Assembly (NCBI GenBank): GCA_039809905.1
Contig: JBDHVY010000001.1
Coordinates: 1,020,001 to 1,052,000, forward strand
Reading direction: 5' to 3'
DNA from: Candidatus Babelota bacterium
GTDB lineage: Bacteria; Babelota; Babeliae; Babelales; Vermiphilaceae
Length of the DNA stretch: 32,000 bases
The notes under the pieces are model-generated. The model was not told the origin of the DNA and did no database searches. It saw only the letters and a list, made by a program, of their open reading frames with translations. A program made the position numbers and the translations under genes. This document shows positions 1 to 8,631 of the stretch, in pieces (within the stretch, counting starts at the first letter, position 1; each line of letters opens with the position of its first letter).

Positions 1-278
1 GCGATACCTATAAATGTGCATACATCAAAATATTTGGTTCTTTTGCCATATTCATTTAATGCGTATATTTCGTATAAAAAATCATCAGCTTTTAACTTTT
101 GCTGGGCTTGCTGTAAGAATTCATTTTTTCTCATTTCACCAAGAAAGCATTTTTCATTATGATTAACAGCCCATAACATCCTCTTGCTGAATCTATGATC
201 AGTTGCTTGGATTGATTGAGGTAAATGAGCGATAGAACCTAAAGTAATTACAGAAAAAAGTATAGATTTTATAGTCAT
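1..278 (-). CDS. Partial CDS (3' end beyond window): small exported protein of unknown function
   Basis: Open reverse frame from ATG at 278 to the window edge: MTIKSILFSVITLGSIAHLPQSIQATDHRFSKRMLWAVNHNEKCFLGEMRKNEF...; signal-peptide-like N-terminus; RBS-like AAAGGAA upstream of the start. Confidence 0.6.
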   Translation of the reverse strand, partial: MTIKSILFSVITLGSIAHLPQSIQATDHRFSKRMLWAVNHNEKCFLGEMRKNEFLQQAQQKLKADDFLYEIYALNEYGKRTKYFDVCTFIGI

Positions 279-459
279 AATGATTCCTTTTCTATTGTAA
301 TAATTGCTTTTTATTATAAATATAGCACAATCGCAGAAAATGTCAAATAGAAAACCTTGCGCTGAAAAGAATCATTCAGACGTTGTTTTTGATGCAAGAA
401 AAAAGCCTTATGCAAGGCATAAAGCTTTTTTCATAAATATGGTAAAATTTCAGTATTAT

Positions 460-807
460 TTAACTTTTAGATGGCTCATTTTTGAAGTATTTTGCATGAT
501 ATTTACCAAATGCTTTTTCTAATTCGGTGTCATCATTTCCTTTTACGAAAACGATTAAATATTTACAATCACCTTTATCATCAGGAAATCTGGTTATGGT
601 ATGCATGTGTTGTGTTACCGGTTCTCCAAAAATTTTTTCAGCTTCATTAATAAACTCATTTATTTCTGTTCTATACATAAAGCAAACAGATGGATAAGTT
701 GCTCTAGGAGTAAATGTCCTACAAACTGCGTGGGCTTGCGTGTCAGCTAAAATAATATTCGTTAATCCACATATTAATACTAAAAAAATTGATTTTTTCA
801 TAATCAT
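460..807 (-). CDS. Hypothetical exported protein, 115 aa
   Basis: Complete ORF with N-terminal signal peptide (MIMKKSIFLVLICGLTNIILADTQAHA). Confidence 0.65.
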   Translation of the reverse strand: MIMKKSIFLVLICGLTNIILADTQAHAVCRTFTPRATYPSVCFMYRTEINEFINEAEKIFGEPVTQHMHTITRFPDDKGDCKYLIVFVKGNDDTELEKAFGKYHAKYFKNEPSKS

Positions 808-958
808 ATATAATTCCTTAGATAATTAATGTTTCTTTTTTTTAAGATACTATAATTTCAAAAAAATACCAAATAGAAAAAACATTTCTGTTCTATTGCA
901 AATAGTATCGATAACAATGTATTTTTTTTAAAATTACTATCGTCAAGAAGGGGATAAA

Positions 959-2629
959 ATGAAGTATGCATCGAAAATAGGCATAATGACGGGTGTTGTT
1001 GTATTGTTTTTTATGATACACAGAGGGATTGATGCTTTCGATATCTGGGAAACATACGATAAAGCAAAAAATGCAGCAACCTATGCAAAAGAAAGAGTTT
1101 CTAGTGCTGTTTCAACGGGGATTGAATATTTCACAGGGGGTAAAGAACCAACAGCCATCAGAATTAATCCTTATAAAAATACTGTTGCATATATACGTAA
1201 AGGCAATGAATTAAATCCTCAAGAACGGCAATATAGAGAAAAACGACAACCAAAAGTAAAACAAGCGCTTGAAAAAGTAGTTGGCAGATCATTAAATGAT
1301 TCGCAAGTTCCGCGTATATCAATTGTGGCGAGTGGCGGTGGCTATAGAGCTATGTTAGGAACAATAGGAAGTTTGTTGGCGCTCGAAAAAATCGGAATTC
1401 TTGATGCTGCCATGTATATGGTTGGATTATCTGGTTCAACATGGGCAATAGCTTCATGGTTATCAACGGGAATGTCTTTACAAAATTTTAAAGATTACAT
1501 TCAAAAAACGATAGAAAAAAATATTCGTGTTCGGAGTATAAGTGAAACAAAAAATATTATTGATATGCTTTCGGTGAAACTTGTATTTGATGAACCAATA
1601 ACAACCGTTGATATGTACGGGAGTTTACTTGCAAATCGTTTATTGAGTCATTATGGAACTGATGCGCAAAGAGTTTATCTATCGCAACAAGCTGAACGAA
1701 TCAAAAATGCGGATGTTCCGTATCCTATTTATACGTCAATTGATGCACGCGAAGCAGTTGCGCGAGAGCCGCATTGGTTTGAATACACGGCACATGAAGT
1801 TGGATCGCCCTATTTTGCTGTATATGTTCCGAGCTGGGCATATGGACGTCTTTTTGATAATGGGCAATCAATAAATTTTGCTCCAGAGCAGAGTTTAGGA
1901 TTTTTGATGGGCACATGGGGATCTGCATATGGTGTGCATGTTGCAAGAGCATGGGAAGATATTTCAGAATCTATTCCGGGTACGACTATCAAAAAAGCAA
2001 TAGAAAAAAAATTAATTGATCCTGCGACAGGTAAGCGAATTACAGGCTCATGGGGTGAGATATTTAATTTTATGTATGGAATGCAAGGTCAAGAACTATC
2101 AGCTCGTAAAACAATAAAATTTGTTGATGCTGGCATAGATTTTAATCTGCCATATCCACCAGTTAGTGGGGAGCGTCCTGAACGCAAAGCAGATATCATG
2201 ATATTTTTAGATTTTTCTGGTGGATCACTATTGCCTTCAATGAAAAAAATAGAAGCATATGCAAAAAGAAAAGGTTTGAAATTTCCTAAAATTGATTATA
2301 CAAATTTAGAAAAAAAAGCAATGTCAGTCTTTATGGATCCATCAGATCCATCAGTTCCTGTTGTTATTTATTTTCCGCGAATTAGTGAAGCTGATTTGTG
2401 GAAAACACAAAGATCAAATAAAGATTTTGATAGATATCGCAATCTCGAAAAATTTGATTTTACAGAATGCACCAATGATTCTGATGGTTTTTGTGGAACA
2501 TTAAACTTTAAGTATTCAACAGATGAATCAGCCCAACTGATTAATCAAATGGAATTCAATATATTGGTCCATAAAGATAAAATTATACAAACGATTAATG
2601 AGTATATTGATCGTCAAGGTAAGAAATAA
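959..2629 (+). CDS. Eukaryote-like group IV cytosolic phospholipase A2 / lysophospholipase catalytic-domain protein, probably exported or membrane-anchored
   Basis: Translation contains SGGGYRAMLG (oxyanion loop/Arg), GLSGSTWA (nucleophile Ser), VDAGIDFNLPYPP (catalytic Asp) and DIMIFLDFSGGSLLPSMKKIEAYAKRKGLKFPKID, the order and motifs of the PLA2_B/cPLA2 catalytic domain. N-terminal hydrophobic segment. RBS-like AAGGGG upstream. Confidence 0.88.
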   Translation: MKYASKIGIMTGVVVLFFMIHRGIDAFDIWETYDKAKNAATYAKERVSSAVSTGIEYFTGGKEPTAIRINPYKNTVAYIRKGNELNPQERQYREKRQPKVKQALEKVVGRSLNDSQVPRISIVASGGGYRAMLGTIGSLLALEKIGILDAAMYMVGLSGSTWAIASWLSTGMSLQNFKDYIQKTIEKNIRVRSISETKNIIDMLSVKLVFDEPITTVDMYGSLLANRLLSHYGTDAQRVYLSQQAERIKNADVPYPIYTSIDAREAVAREPHWFEYTAHEVGSPYFAVYVPSWAYGRLFDNGQSINFAPEQSLGFLMGTWGSAYGVHVARAWEDISESIPGTTIKKAIEKKLIDPATGKRITGSWGEIFNFMYGMQGQELSARKTIKFVDAGIDFNLPYPPVSGERPERKADIMIFLDFSGGSLLPSMKKIEAYAKRKGLKFPKIDYTNLEKKAMSVFMDPSDPSVPVVIYFPRISEADLWKTQRSNKDFDRYRNLEKFDFTECTNDSDGFCGTLNFKYSTDESAQLINQMEFNILVHKDKIIQTINEYIDRQGKK

Positions 2630-2878
2630 TTACTTTGATTGTTTTAATTGTTTGGCAGAGTCAATGTTGGTTTTTATTGGAGCTGAATTATTTTGTTTTG
2701 GTTGCAGATGCGATTTATAGCCTTCAATAAAATTGCGTTGGCTCTGCGCGCTTCTTTCATAGAGGTTAGACATAACTTGATAGAGTGAATTATTATCTGA
2801 AGGTTGTGGATTCATGGCCGTACTGAATTGAAAAATAAAACAGGTAAATAAAGGTAAAATAAAGATTCTTGATATCAT
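2630..2878 (-). CDS. Small exported protein of unknown function; likely start at 2878 rather than 2950
   Basis: In-frame ATG at 2878 has RBS-like AAAGGAC and begins a signal peptide (MISRIFILPLFTCFIFQFSTAMN). Stop abuts the stop of the convergent PLA2 gene. Confidence 0.55.
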   Translation of the reverse strand: MISRIFILPLFTCFIFQFSTAMNPQPSDNNSLYQVMSNLYERSAQSQRNFIEGYKSHLQPKQNNSAPIKTNIDSAKQLKQSK

Positions 2879-3018
2879 GATGTGTCCTTTTTTTGGTAAA
2901 TGTATGAGGAAAACAATTTTAGCACATGTTATTATTTTATCAAAACACATTATGAATCGTTCTTTTCAAGAATTTTAATTTGTTGGAGTATTTTGAGATC
3001 ATATGAATCATAATGTGT

Positions 3019-3696
3019 TTAAAATAAATTTTTTGGTGGAGTATTATTTGCATATGTTAATAAATCATAGCTTGTACAAATAATTTCCCAAGCAATCATT
3101 CTTTTATACGAATCTATGATGGATGGCGAGAAACTTTTTTTCTTTGCATTTTCAATATTTATCTCTAAAAGATGCGTCATTGTTTTTTGATATTCCTCAC
3201 AAGGTATAGAAATGTATAGATGAGTATTTCTCAGATTAGGATAACTAAAGAAACCGTTCTTATCGGGAAGATAATTTTTAAAGAAATCATTTTTGGTCAA
3301 AAGGTTATGCCTTGTAGGAAGAATAAATAATGGCCCTTGAGAGTTTTGGATATGAAGGAGAGCCATACGCGTATATTTTATGTGAAAAAGTTCAGCTATA
3401 ATTCTTGTTTTATAACAATTAATAATCTCTGTATCGATATTTTTAGTACGAAGAGTCTGAATGTTCTGATTCAAAGAAGTAATAAATTGATGATCATAAA
3501 TATTTTGATCATCAATTAGTTTTGGTTCGCAATAACATTGTAGTCCCTGTGAATCACGAGGGATTACATAAGGAGACTTCTTAAAATCATAGAAAGAAGG
3601 AATGAGAGATCTTACTGATTGCTTCATGGCGCAATGAGCGTCAAAGTGAAAACAACTCGTTGCTAGTAGTAATAATGTGATCATATGATGAATCAT
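3019..3696 (-). CDS. Hypothetical exported protein, 225 aa
   Basis: Complete ORF with signal peptide (MIHHMITLLLLATSCFHFDAHCAMKQ). Confidence 0.7.
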   Translation of the reverse strand: MIHHMITLLLLATSCFHFDAHCAMKQSVRSLIPSFYDFKKSPYVIPRDSQGLQCYCEPKLIDDQNIYDHQFITSLNQNIQTLRTKNIDTEIINCYKTRIIAELFHIKYTRMALLHIQNSQGPLFILPTRHNLLTKNDFFKNYLPDKNGFFSYPNLRNTHLYISIPCEEYQKTMTHLLEINIENAKKKSFSPSIIDSYKRMIAWEIICTSYDLLTYANNTPPKNLF

Positions 3697-3876
3697 CTTT
3701 CTATACCTTGTCTGAAAAATAAAGTTTTAAAGTATTTGATAATTGAAAGCAATTGCAAATTATTTCTTCAGTTTGTCAAAATATTCCTTTATTTAATTCT
3801 TTTCTTGGTATTGTTTAAAATGTGTATTAATCTAAAGATACATTTTTAAAACACCATTTTTGAATAATAAAAGATT

Positions 3877-5616
3877 ATGAATGTTCATACCGTGACTGGC
3901 AAAAAGTATCTCTGGAAAATTTCTTCTGTTAATCAACAGAGAATTGCAGAAATAGCAGCGCGTTACAATCTTTCTTTTGCTGTAGCGCATGTTTTATATT
4001 CGCGTGGATTTACTGATGAAGATGTTATTGAATCATTTTTATTTAGCAGCTTTGAAAATAATGTTGCTGATGCCCGGCTCTTAAAAGATGCAGAAAAAGC
4101 TGTTGATAGAATTTTGCTTGCCATGGAAAAGCAGGAACCAATTTTGGTATTTGGTGATTATGATGTTGATGGTATTACATCCTCATCGCTTATGATGATT
4201 TGTTTATTGCCGTTGGGAGCAAAAATTAATTATTTTCTCCCCAATAGAGTTAAAGATGGCTATGGGTTATCAACTAAAATAGTTGAGCGAGCAGCTCAAA
4301 ATGATTATAAAGTAATCGTTACGGTTGATAATGGTATAACTGCTATTGAACAGGCAGATCGTGCAAAAGAGCTCGGAATTGATCTTATTATTACTGACCA
4401 TCATCGTCCTCATGCGCATGTTCCTGATGCATATGCTATCGTTAATCCTAATCAAATTGATTGTGGATATCCGCATAAAACATTAGCAGGTGTTGGAGTA
4501 ACATTCAAACTGCTTTCATTATTGTATGAAAAAAAAGGATTGCCATTACCTGCCAAAGCGTATGAACTATTATTATTAGGTACTGTTGCCGATGTTGTGC
4601 CATTAATTGGTGAAAACAGATTTTGGGTTCGGCATGGTCTTAATTATGTTAATAAAATAGAAAGCTTGTCTTTTAAGTTGCTTAAAGCAAACGGAAAAGT
4701 AACAAAACCAAAAATATCTTCAACAGACATTGGTTTTTCTATTACGCCACAAATTAATGCATTAGGAAGATTAGAAGATCCTCGTCAAGCAGTACAATTT
4801 TTAATTGGTACTGATGTAAAGAATGCAGAAACGGTAGCAAAAGTGCTTTTAGAAATGAATGAAGCACGTAAAGCTATAGAGCGTTCTATTGTTGATGAAA
4901 TTGAAGAACAAATTCGTTTAAAACGAATTGATATTGATCGAGAAAATGTCATCATCGCTGCCAGCAGTAGTTGGCCTGCAGGTGTTATTGGTCTTGTTGC
5001 TTCACGCTTTGTTTCAGCATATGGCAAACCAACATTATTATTTCATCTGACAAAAGATGGTATTGCAAAAGGTTCATGCCGATCTATTGCAGAATTTAAT
5101 ATGTTTGATGCTTTGACTGCATCATCAGATTTATTGATACAATTTGGAGGACATTCTGTTGCGGCAGGATTATCACTGACTGTTGAAAATATATCCGAAC
5201 TTAAAATGCGCCTTGAAAAGTTAATTGCACAGCAATTAACGCCAGATGATTTGAGGCCAAAAATCCGTATTGATGCAGAAGTTTGTCTTTCAGATTTGAA
5301 TAAAAAATTTATTGATGATTTAGAACATTTAGAACCATTTGGAAATAGTAACGATCAACCGCTGTTTTATGTAAATAATGTTGCTCAAGTACAAAAGCCG
5401 CAATTATTAAAAGACGCGCACGTCAAATGCTTTATGTATGCAGATGGTGTTATCAAGCCGGTAATGTTTTTCAATAGACCAGAATTGTTTGAGTTTTTTA
5501 ATCAACATTATGAACAATCATTTACCTTGGCAGCTCGTGTTTCTGAAAATCATTGGCAAGACCGCGTAAATATTGAATTAATTGGTGTTGATGTAGCGAT
5601 AAAAGAGGCATTATGA
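3877..5616 (+). CDS. recJ: Single-stranded-DNA-specific exonuclease RecJ
   Basis: DHH-family motifs: VFGDYDVDGITSS, VTVDNGI, IITDHHRPH, GTVADVVPLIGENR, SSWPAGVIGLVASR, FGGHSVAAGLSL. Confidence 0.95.
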   Translation: MNVHTVTGKKYLWKISSVNQQRIAEIAARYNLSFAVAHVLYSRGFTDEDVIESFLFSSFENNVADARLLKDAEKAVDRILLAMEKQEPILVFGDYDVDGITSSSLMMICLLPLGAKINYFLPNRVKDGYGLSTKIVERAAQNDYKVIVTVDNGITAIEQADRAKELGIDLIITDHHRPHAHVPDAYAIVNPNQIDCGYPHKTLAGVGVTFKLLSLLYEKKGLPLPAKAYELLLLGTVADVVPLIGENRFWVRHGLNYVNKIESLSFKLLKANGKVTKPKISSTDIGFSITPQINALGRLEDPRQAVQFLIGTDVKNAETVAKVLLEMNEARKAIERSIVDEIEEQIRLKRIDIDRENVIIAASSSWPAGVIGLVASRFVSAYGKPTLLFHLTKDGIAKGSCRSIAEFNMFDALTASSDLLIQFGGHSVAAGLSLTVENISELKMRLEKLIAQQLTPDDLRPKIRIDAEVCLSDLNKKFIDDLEHLEPFGNSNDQPLFYVNNVAQVQKPQLLKDAHVKCFMYADGVIKPVMFFNRPELFEFFNQHYEQSFTLAARVSENHWQDRVNIELIGVDVAIKEAL

Positions 5617-6284
5617 TCATAACAATTGATGGACCAGTTGCAAGTGGTAAATCAACCATTGGTAGGATATTAGCACATAAATTAAATTATTATTACTTAT
5701 GTTCGGGATTATTATATCGTGCTCTGGGTTATGTATTGGTTAATCATAGTGGGTATACCTTAGAAATGTTGCCACGTATAACCCAAAAAGATATTGATGC
5801 GGTGTTCTCTGATACTTGTTTTTCTTATCAGTATGACGAGCTTAATAATGAACGTATTTTTTTTGATAACAAAGATATTACTCATCTTTTAAAAGATAGA
5901 TCTATTGATAAAATTGCTTCAATTGTAAGTGTCAATAATGAAATTCGGCATTGGATTACCAACATGCAGCATGATATTGCTGCTCATCATAATATAGTTA
6001 CTGATGGAAGAGATATGGGATCAGTTGTATTTCCACAGGCAGAATATAAATATTTCATTACAGCATCGGTTGAGGTACGAGCAGAGCGTTGGCGCAAAGA
6101 TCAAGAAAAATATGGAAATATTTTTTCTCTGCAAGAAGCAATTGCGATTATTACCGATCGCGATGAGCGCGACAAAACTCGAACTATAGCACCACTCATT
6201 GTTCCTTCTGGCGCAATTACTATTGATACTTCTGAATTGAATGTCGAGCAAACGATTGAAAAGGTATTGAAGTATATACAATAG
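5613..6284 (+). CDS. cmk: Cytidylate kinase
   Basis: IDGPVASGKSTIGRILAHKL P-loop; SGLLYRALGY; ITDGRDMGSVVFPQAEYKYFITASVEVRAERW. Overlaps recJ stop (ATGA). Confidence 0.95.
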   Translation: MIITIDGPVASGKSTIGRILAHKLNYYYLCSGLLYRALGYVLVNHSGYTLEMLPRITQKDIDAVFSDTCFSYQYDELNNERIFFDNKDITHLLKDRSIDKIASIVSVNNEIRHWITNMQHDIAAHHNIVTDGRDMGSVVFPQAEYKYFITASVEVRAERWRKDQEKYGNIFSLQEAIAIITDRDERDKTRTIAPLIVPSGAITIDTSELNVEQTIEKVLKYIQ

Positions 6285-6297
6285 AAATGACATCAGT

Positions 6298-8631
6298 ATG
6301 AAAAAAATAATTCACATCTTAATGTTATCAATTTTATTTTCATTCAATATTTCCTGTGCAATGGAAGAACGAGAGGTACCGGTTTACTATTTGTTTTGTG
6401 CAGGGATGGTAACGGGATTATTTGGTGTAGTGTTTTACAAAATGCTAAAACATTATTGGCTTTCTGTTTCAGAAGATACTACAAAACAAAATAGTCCTCC
6501 TGTTCCAAAAAATGTTGCAAAGCAAAATGATGATAATGAAACGAGGGGGCAATCCATACCTGATAAAATATTAAATTCAATGCAGCTCAAGAAAGAAATG
6601 GAGCAATTCCAATTGGGGATAACTGACTTACATAAAGCTTGTGAGAATAATGATGCAGAAAAGGTCGAGTCATTACTACAAAGCAAAAAACTTAAAATTA
6701 ATGCGCAATGTAAAAAAAAAAATCTTTGCGACCGTTTTGAAGATGATAAGACGTCTTTACATATAGCATGTGAAAATGAAAATGAAACAATTGTTGATCT
6801 TTTGCTCTTGCAAGACGATATAGATCTTACTATACAAGATTTCGAAGGTAATACTGTTTTTCATAGTGCATGCATGAAAGGAAATTTAAAAATTGTCAAA
6901 AAATTACTTTCATGTGGTAAGAAATTTGATATAAATATGCAAAATACGAAAGGACAAACCGCTTTAACATTAGCCTATCACAATAAATCTTTTGATGTTT
7001 TTGCATATCTTTTAGAGCTGGATAACATTGATCCGATGGAAACTTTATGCGTTGCTTGTTACCGCAATGATAGCGAGATGTTTCAGAGGCTATTGAAGCA
7101 TAAAAGGATTGAATTTCAGGATAATCGAGCTCTATATGTAGCATGTAGAATGGGACATGTTGATATGGTGCGCTCGTTGCTTGAATGCAATAAAAATGAT
7201 TGCATGAAGATTAATGAATTTGCAACAGGGAAAGCAGAATGGTATCGGAAAAAAAAATGGTGTACTCCATTTAACTGCTATAATCCGCTTCTTATAGCTT
7301 GTAAAACGTTGGTACCACCAAAGGATGTTTCGGGTAAAAAAACAATAAAAACAGGTTCTATTCGTGAAAAATTTATTGAAATTATAAAGTTATTGCTTAC
7401 GCATGAATTTGTTGATACGAAGAAACGGGCAGGGATTACTCCGTGGCATGACGATAAAAAAAATCAAACAGTACTTCATTTTGCTGCTTCTGACTCACAA
7501 CTATTACGATTATTATTACCTAAAGATGCATCTCTCATTAATGTAGAGCATGATGGAGAACGACCTCTACAAATTGCTATCAAAAAAGGTACTATAGATT
7601 GTGTGAGATTGCTCATTCAGTATGGGGCAGATATATTTGCGGAAGATTATCGAGGATACAATGCGCTTGCATTGGCATGTGAAAGTGTTTCACAAGATAG
7701 TAGTAATGTCTCAAGAGTAGATATAGCTAAATGGTTGTTAGAAATATACTATTTTCGGAGTAAAAAACATACCAAAAAAGAAGTAGATTTCTTATCTGAA
7801 TGTTTATCTCAGTGCTTATATTTGCTGATTTGTAAAAAGGGGAAAACTAATAAAGATATATGCCATCAATTGCTGTTATATGGAGCTGATCCTCATCATG
7901 TGATCAGAAGAAAAATAGAGAGAACAAATCGATTTTATCCAGAGCGGCGAAAATACTTTTTTTCTTCTCCTGCCTTAAAGGCAGCGAAATACGATGTATC
8001 TATTCTTAATATATTATTAAGTAAGCACCCTATACCTTCTATGCAGAAAAATTATCGTGGGCACACGATAATTTTTAGAGCATTTATGTTTAATCAGGTA
8101 AAGTGTCTGGAACAAGTTCATTATTTTAGAGACCTTGATGAACAACAAAAAGAAAAAGAAATCAGATCGGAGCTTTATAATCTTGTAGGCTCAAATCCAA
8201 CTGATATTATTAAGATTTGGGAGAATGCCCCTGTTGAGAAAAGAAAAGAAATTGGTAACAATGCCGTACAACGTCTTTATTCTTTTGTGACAATATGTAA
8301 TGAGTACTCTAAGATAGAAACCAGTACGTCGTTTAGAACCGAATACGCGCGCTCAAAAAAAATATACTCATTGTATTGTTATCCTGATGGCTATCAGAAA
8401 ACATTTTGGCATGAAATGGGTCTAGTTAATGGTAAGCATTATGTTACTGTTAAGAATGATTATAATGAATTAATTGTACATGCTTTTATACAGCATGTTA
8501 CTCCTCAAACAGATGAGCAAAAGGCTGAAAAAGCAATTGCTCTCGGCTATAAAAATAATCCTACAGAATATTATTTGAGTAAACGTAAAGATAAAAAAAA
8601 TATTAAAGACTATTTTTTGAGCCAAGTATGA
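6298..8631 (+). CDS. Exported ankyrin-repeat protein, 777 aa
   Basis: Signal peptide (MKKIIHILMLSILFSFNISCAME) followed by a hydrophobic segment and several ankyrin repeats (DLHKACENNDAEKVESLL, TVFHSACMKGNLKIVKKLL, RPLQIAIKKGTIDCVRLLIQYGADI); paralog of 8628..10883. Confidence 0.9.
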   Translation: MKKIIHILMLSILFSFNISCAMEEREVPVYYLFCAGMVTGLFGVVFYKMLKHYWLSVSEDTTKQNSPPVPKNVAKQNDDNETRGQSIPDKILNSMQLKKEMEQFQLGITDLHKACENNDAEKVESLLQSKKLKINAQCKKKNLCDRFEDDKTSLHIACENENETIVDLLLLQDDIDLTIQDFEGNTVFHSACMKGNLKIVKKLLSCGKKFDINMQNTKGQTALTLAYHNKSFDVFAYLLELDNIDPMETLCVACYRNDSEMFQRLLKHKRIEFQDNRALYVACRMGHVDMVRSLLECNKNDCMKINEFATGKAEWYRKKKWCTPFNCYNPLLIACKTLVPPKDVSGKKTIKTGSIREKFIEIIKLLLTHEFVDTKKRAGITPWHDDKKNQTVLHFAASDSQLLRLLLPKDASLINVEHDGERPLQIAIKKGTIDCVRLLIQYGADIFAEDYRGYNALALACESVSQDSSNVSRVDIAKWLLEIYYFRSKKHTKKEVDFLSECLSQCLYLLICKKGKTNKDICHQLLLYGADPHHVIRRKIERTNRFYPERRKYFFSSPALKAAKYDVSILNILLSKHPIPSMQKNYRGHTIIFRAFMFNQVKCLEQVHYFRDLDEQQKEKEIRSELYNLVGSNPTDIIKIWENAPVEKRKEIGNNAVQRLYSFVTICNEYSKIETSTSFRTEYARSKKIYSLYCYPDGYQKTFWHEMGLVNGKHYVTVKNDYNELIVHAFIQHVTPQTDEQKAEKAIALGYKNNPTEYYLSKRKDKKNIKDYFLSQV

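Noticed and set aside
304-522. 72-aa forward ORF
   Set aside because: Overlaps the convincing reverse gene 460..807, atypical composition, no family signature or clear RBS.
1029-1874. Small out-of-frame ORFs inside the phospholipase gene (1029..1214, 1653..1874, 1725..1952, 1810..1992)
   Set aside because: Shadow ORFs of a strongly supported CDS with recognisable catalytic motifs.
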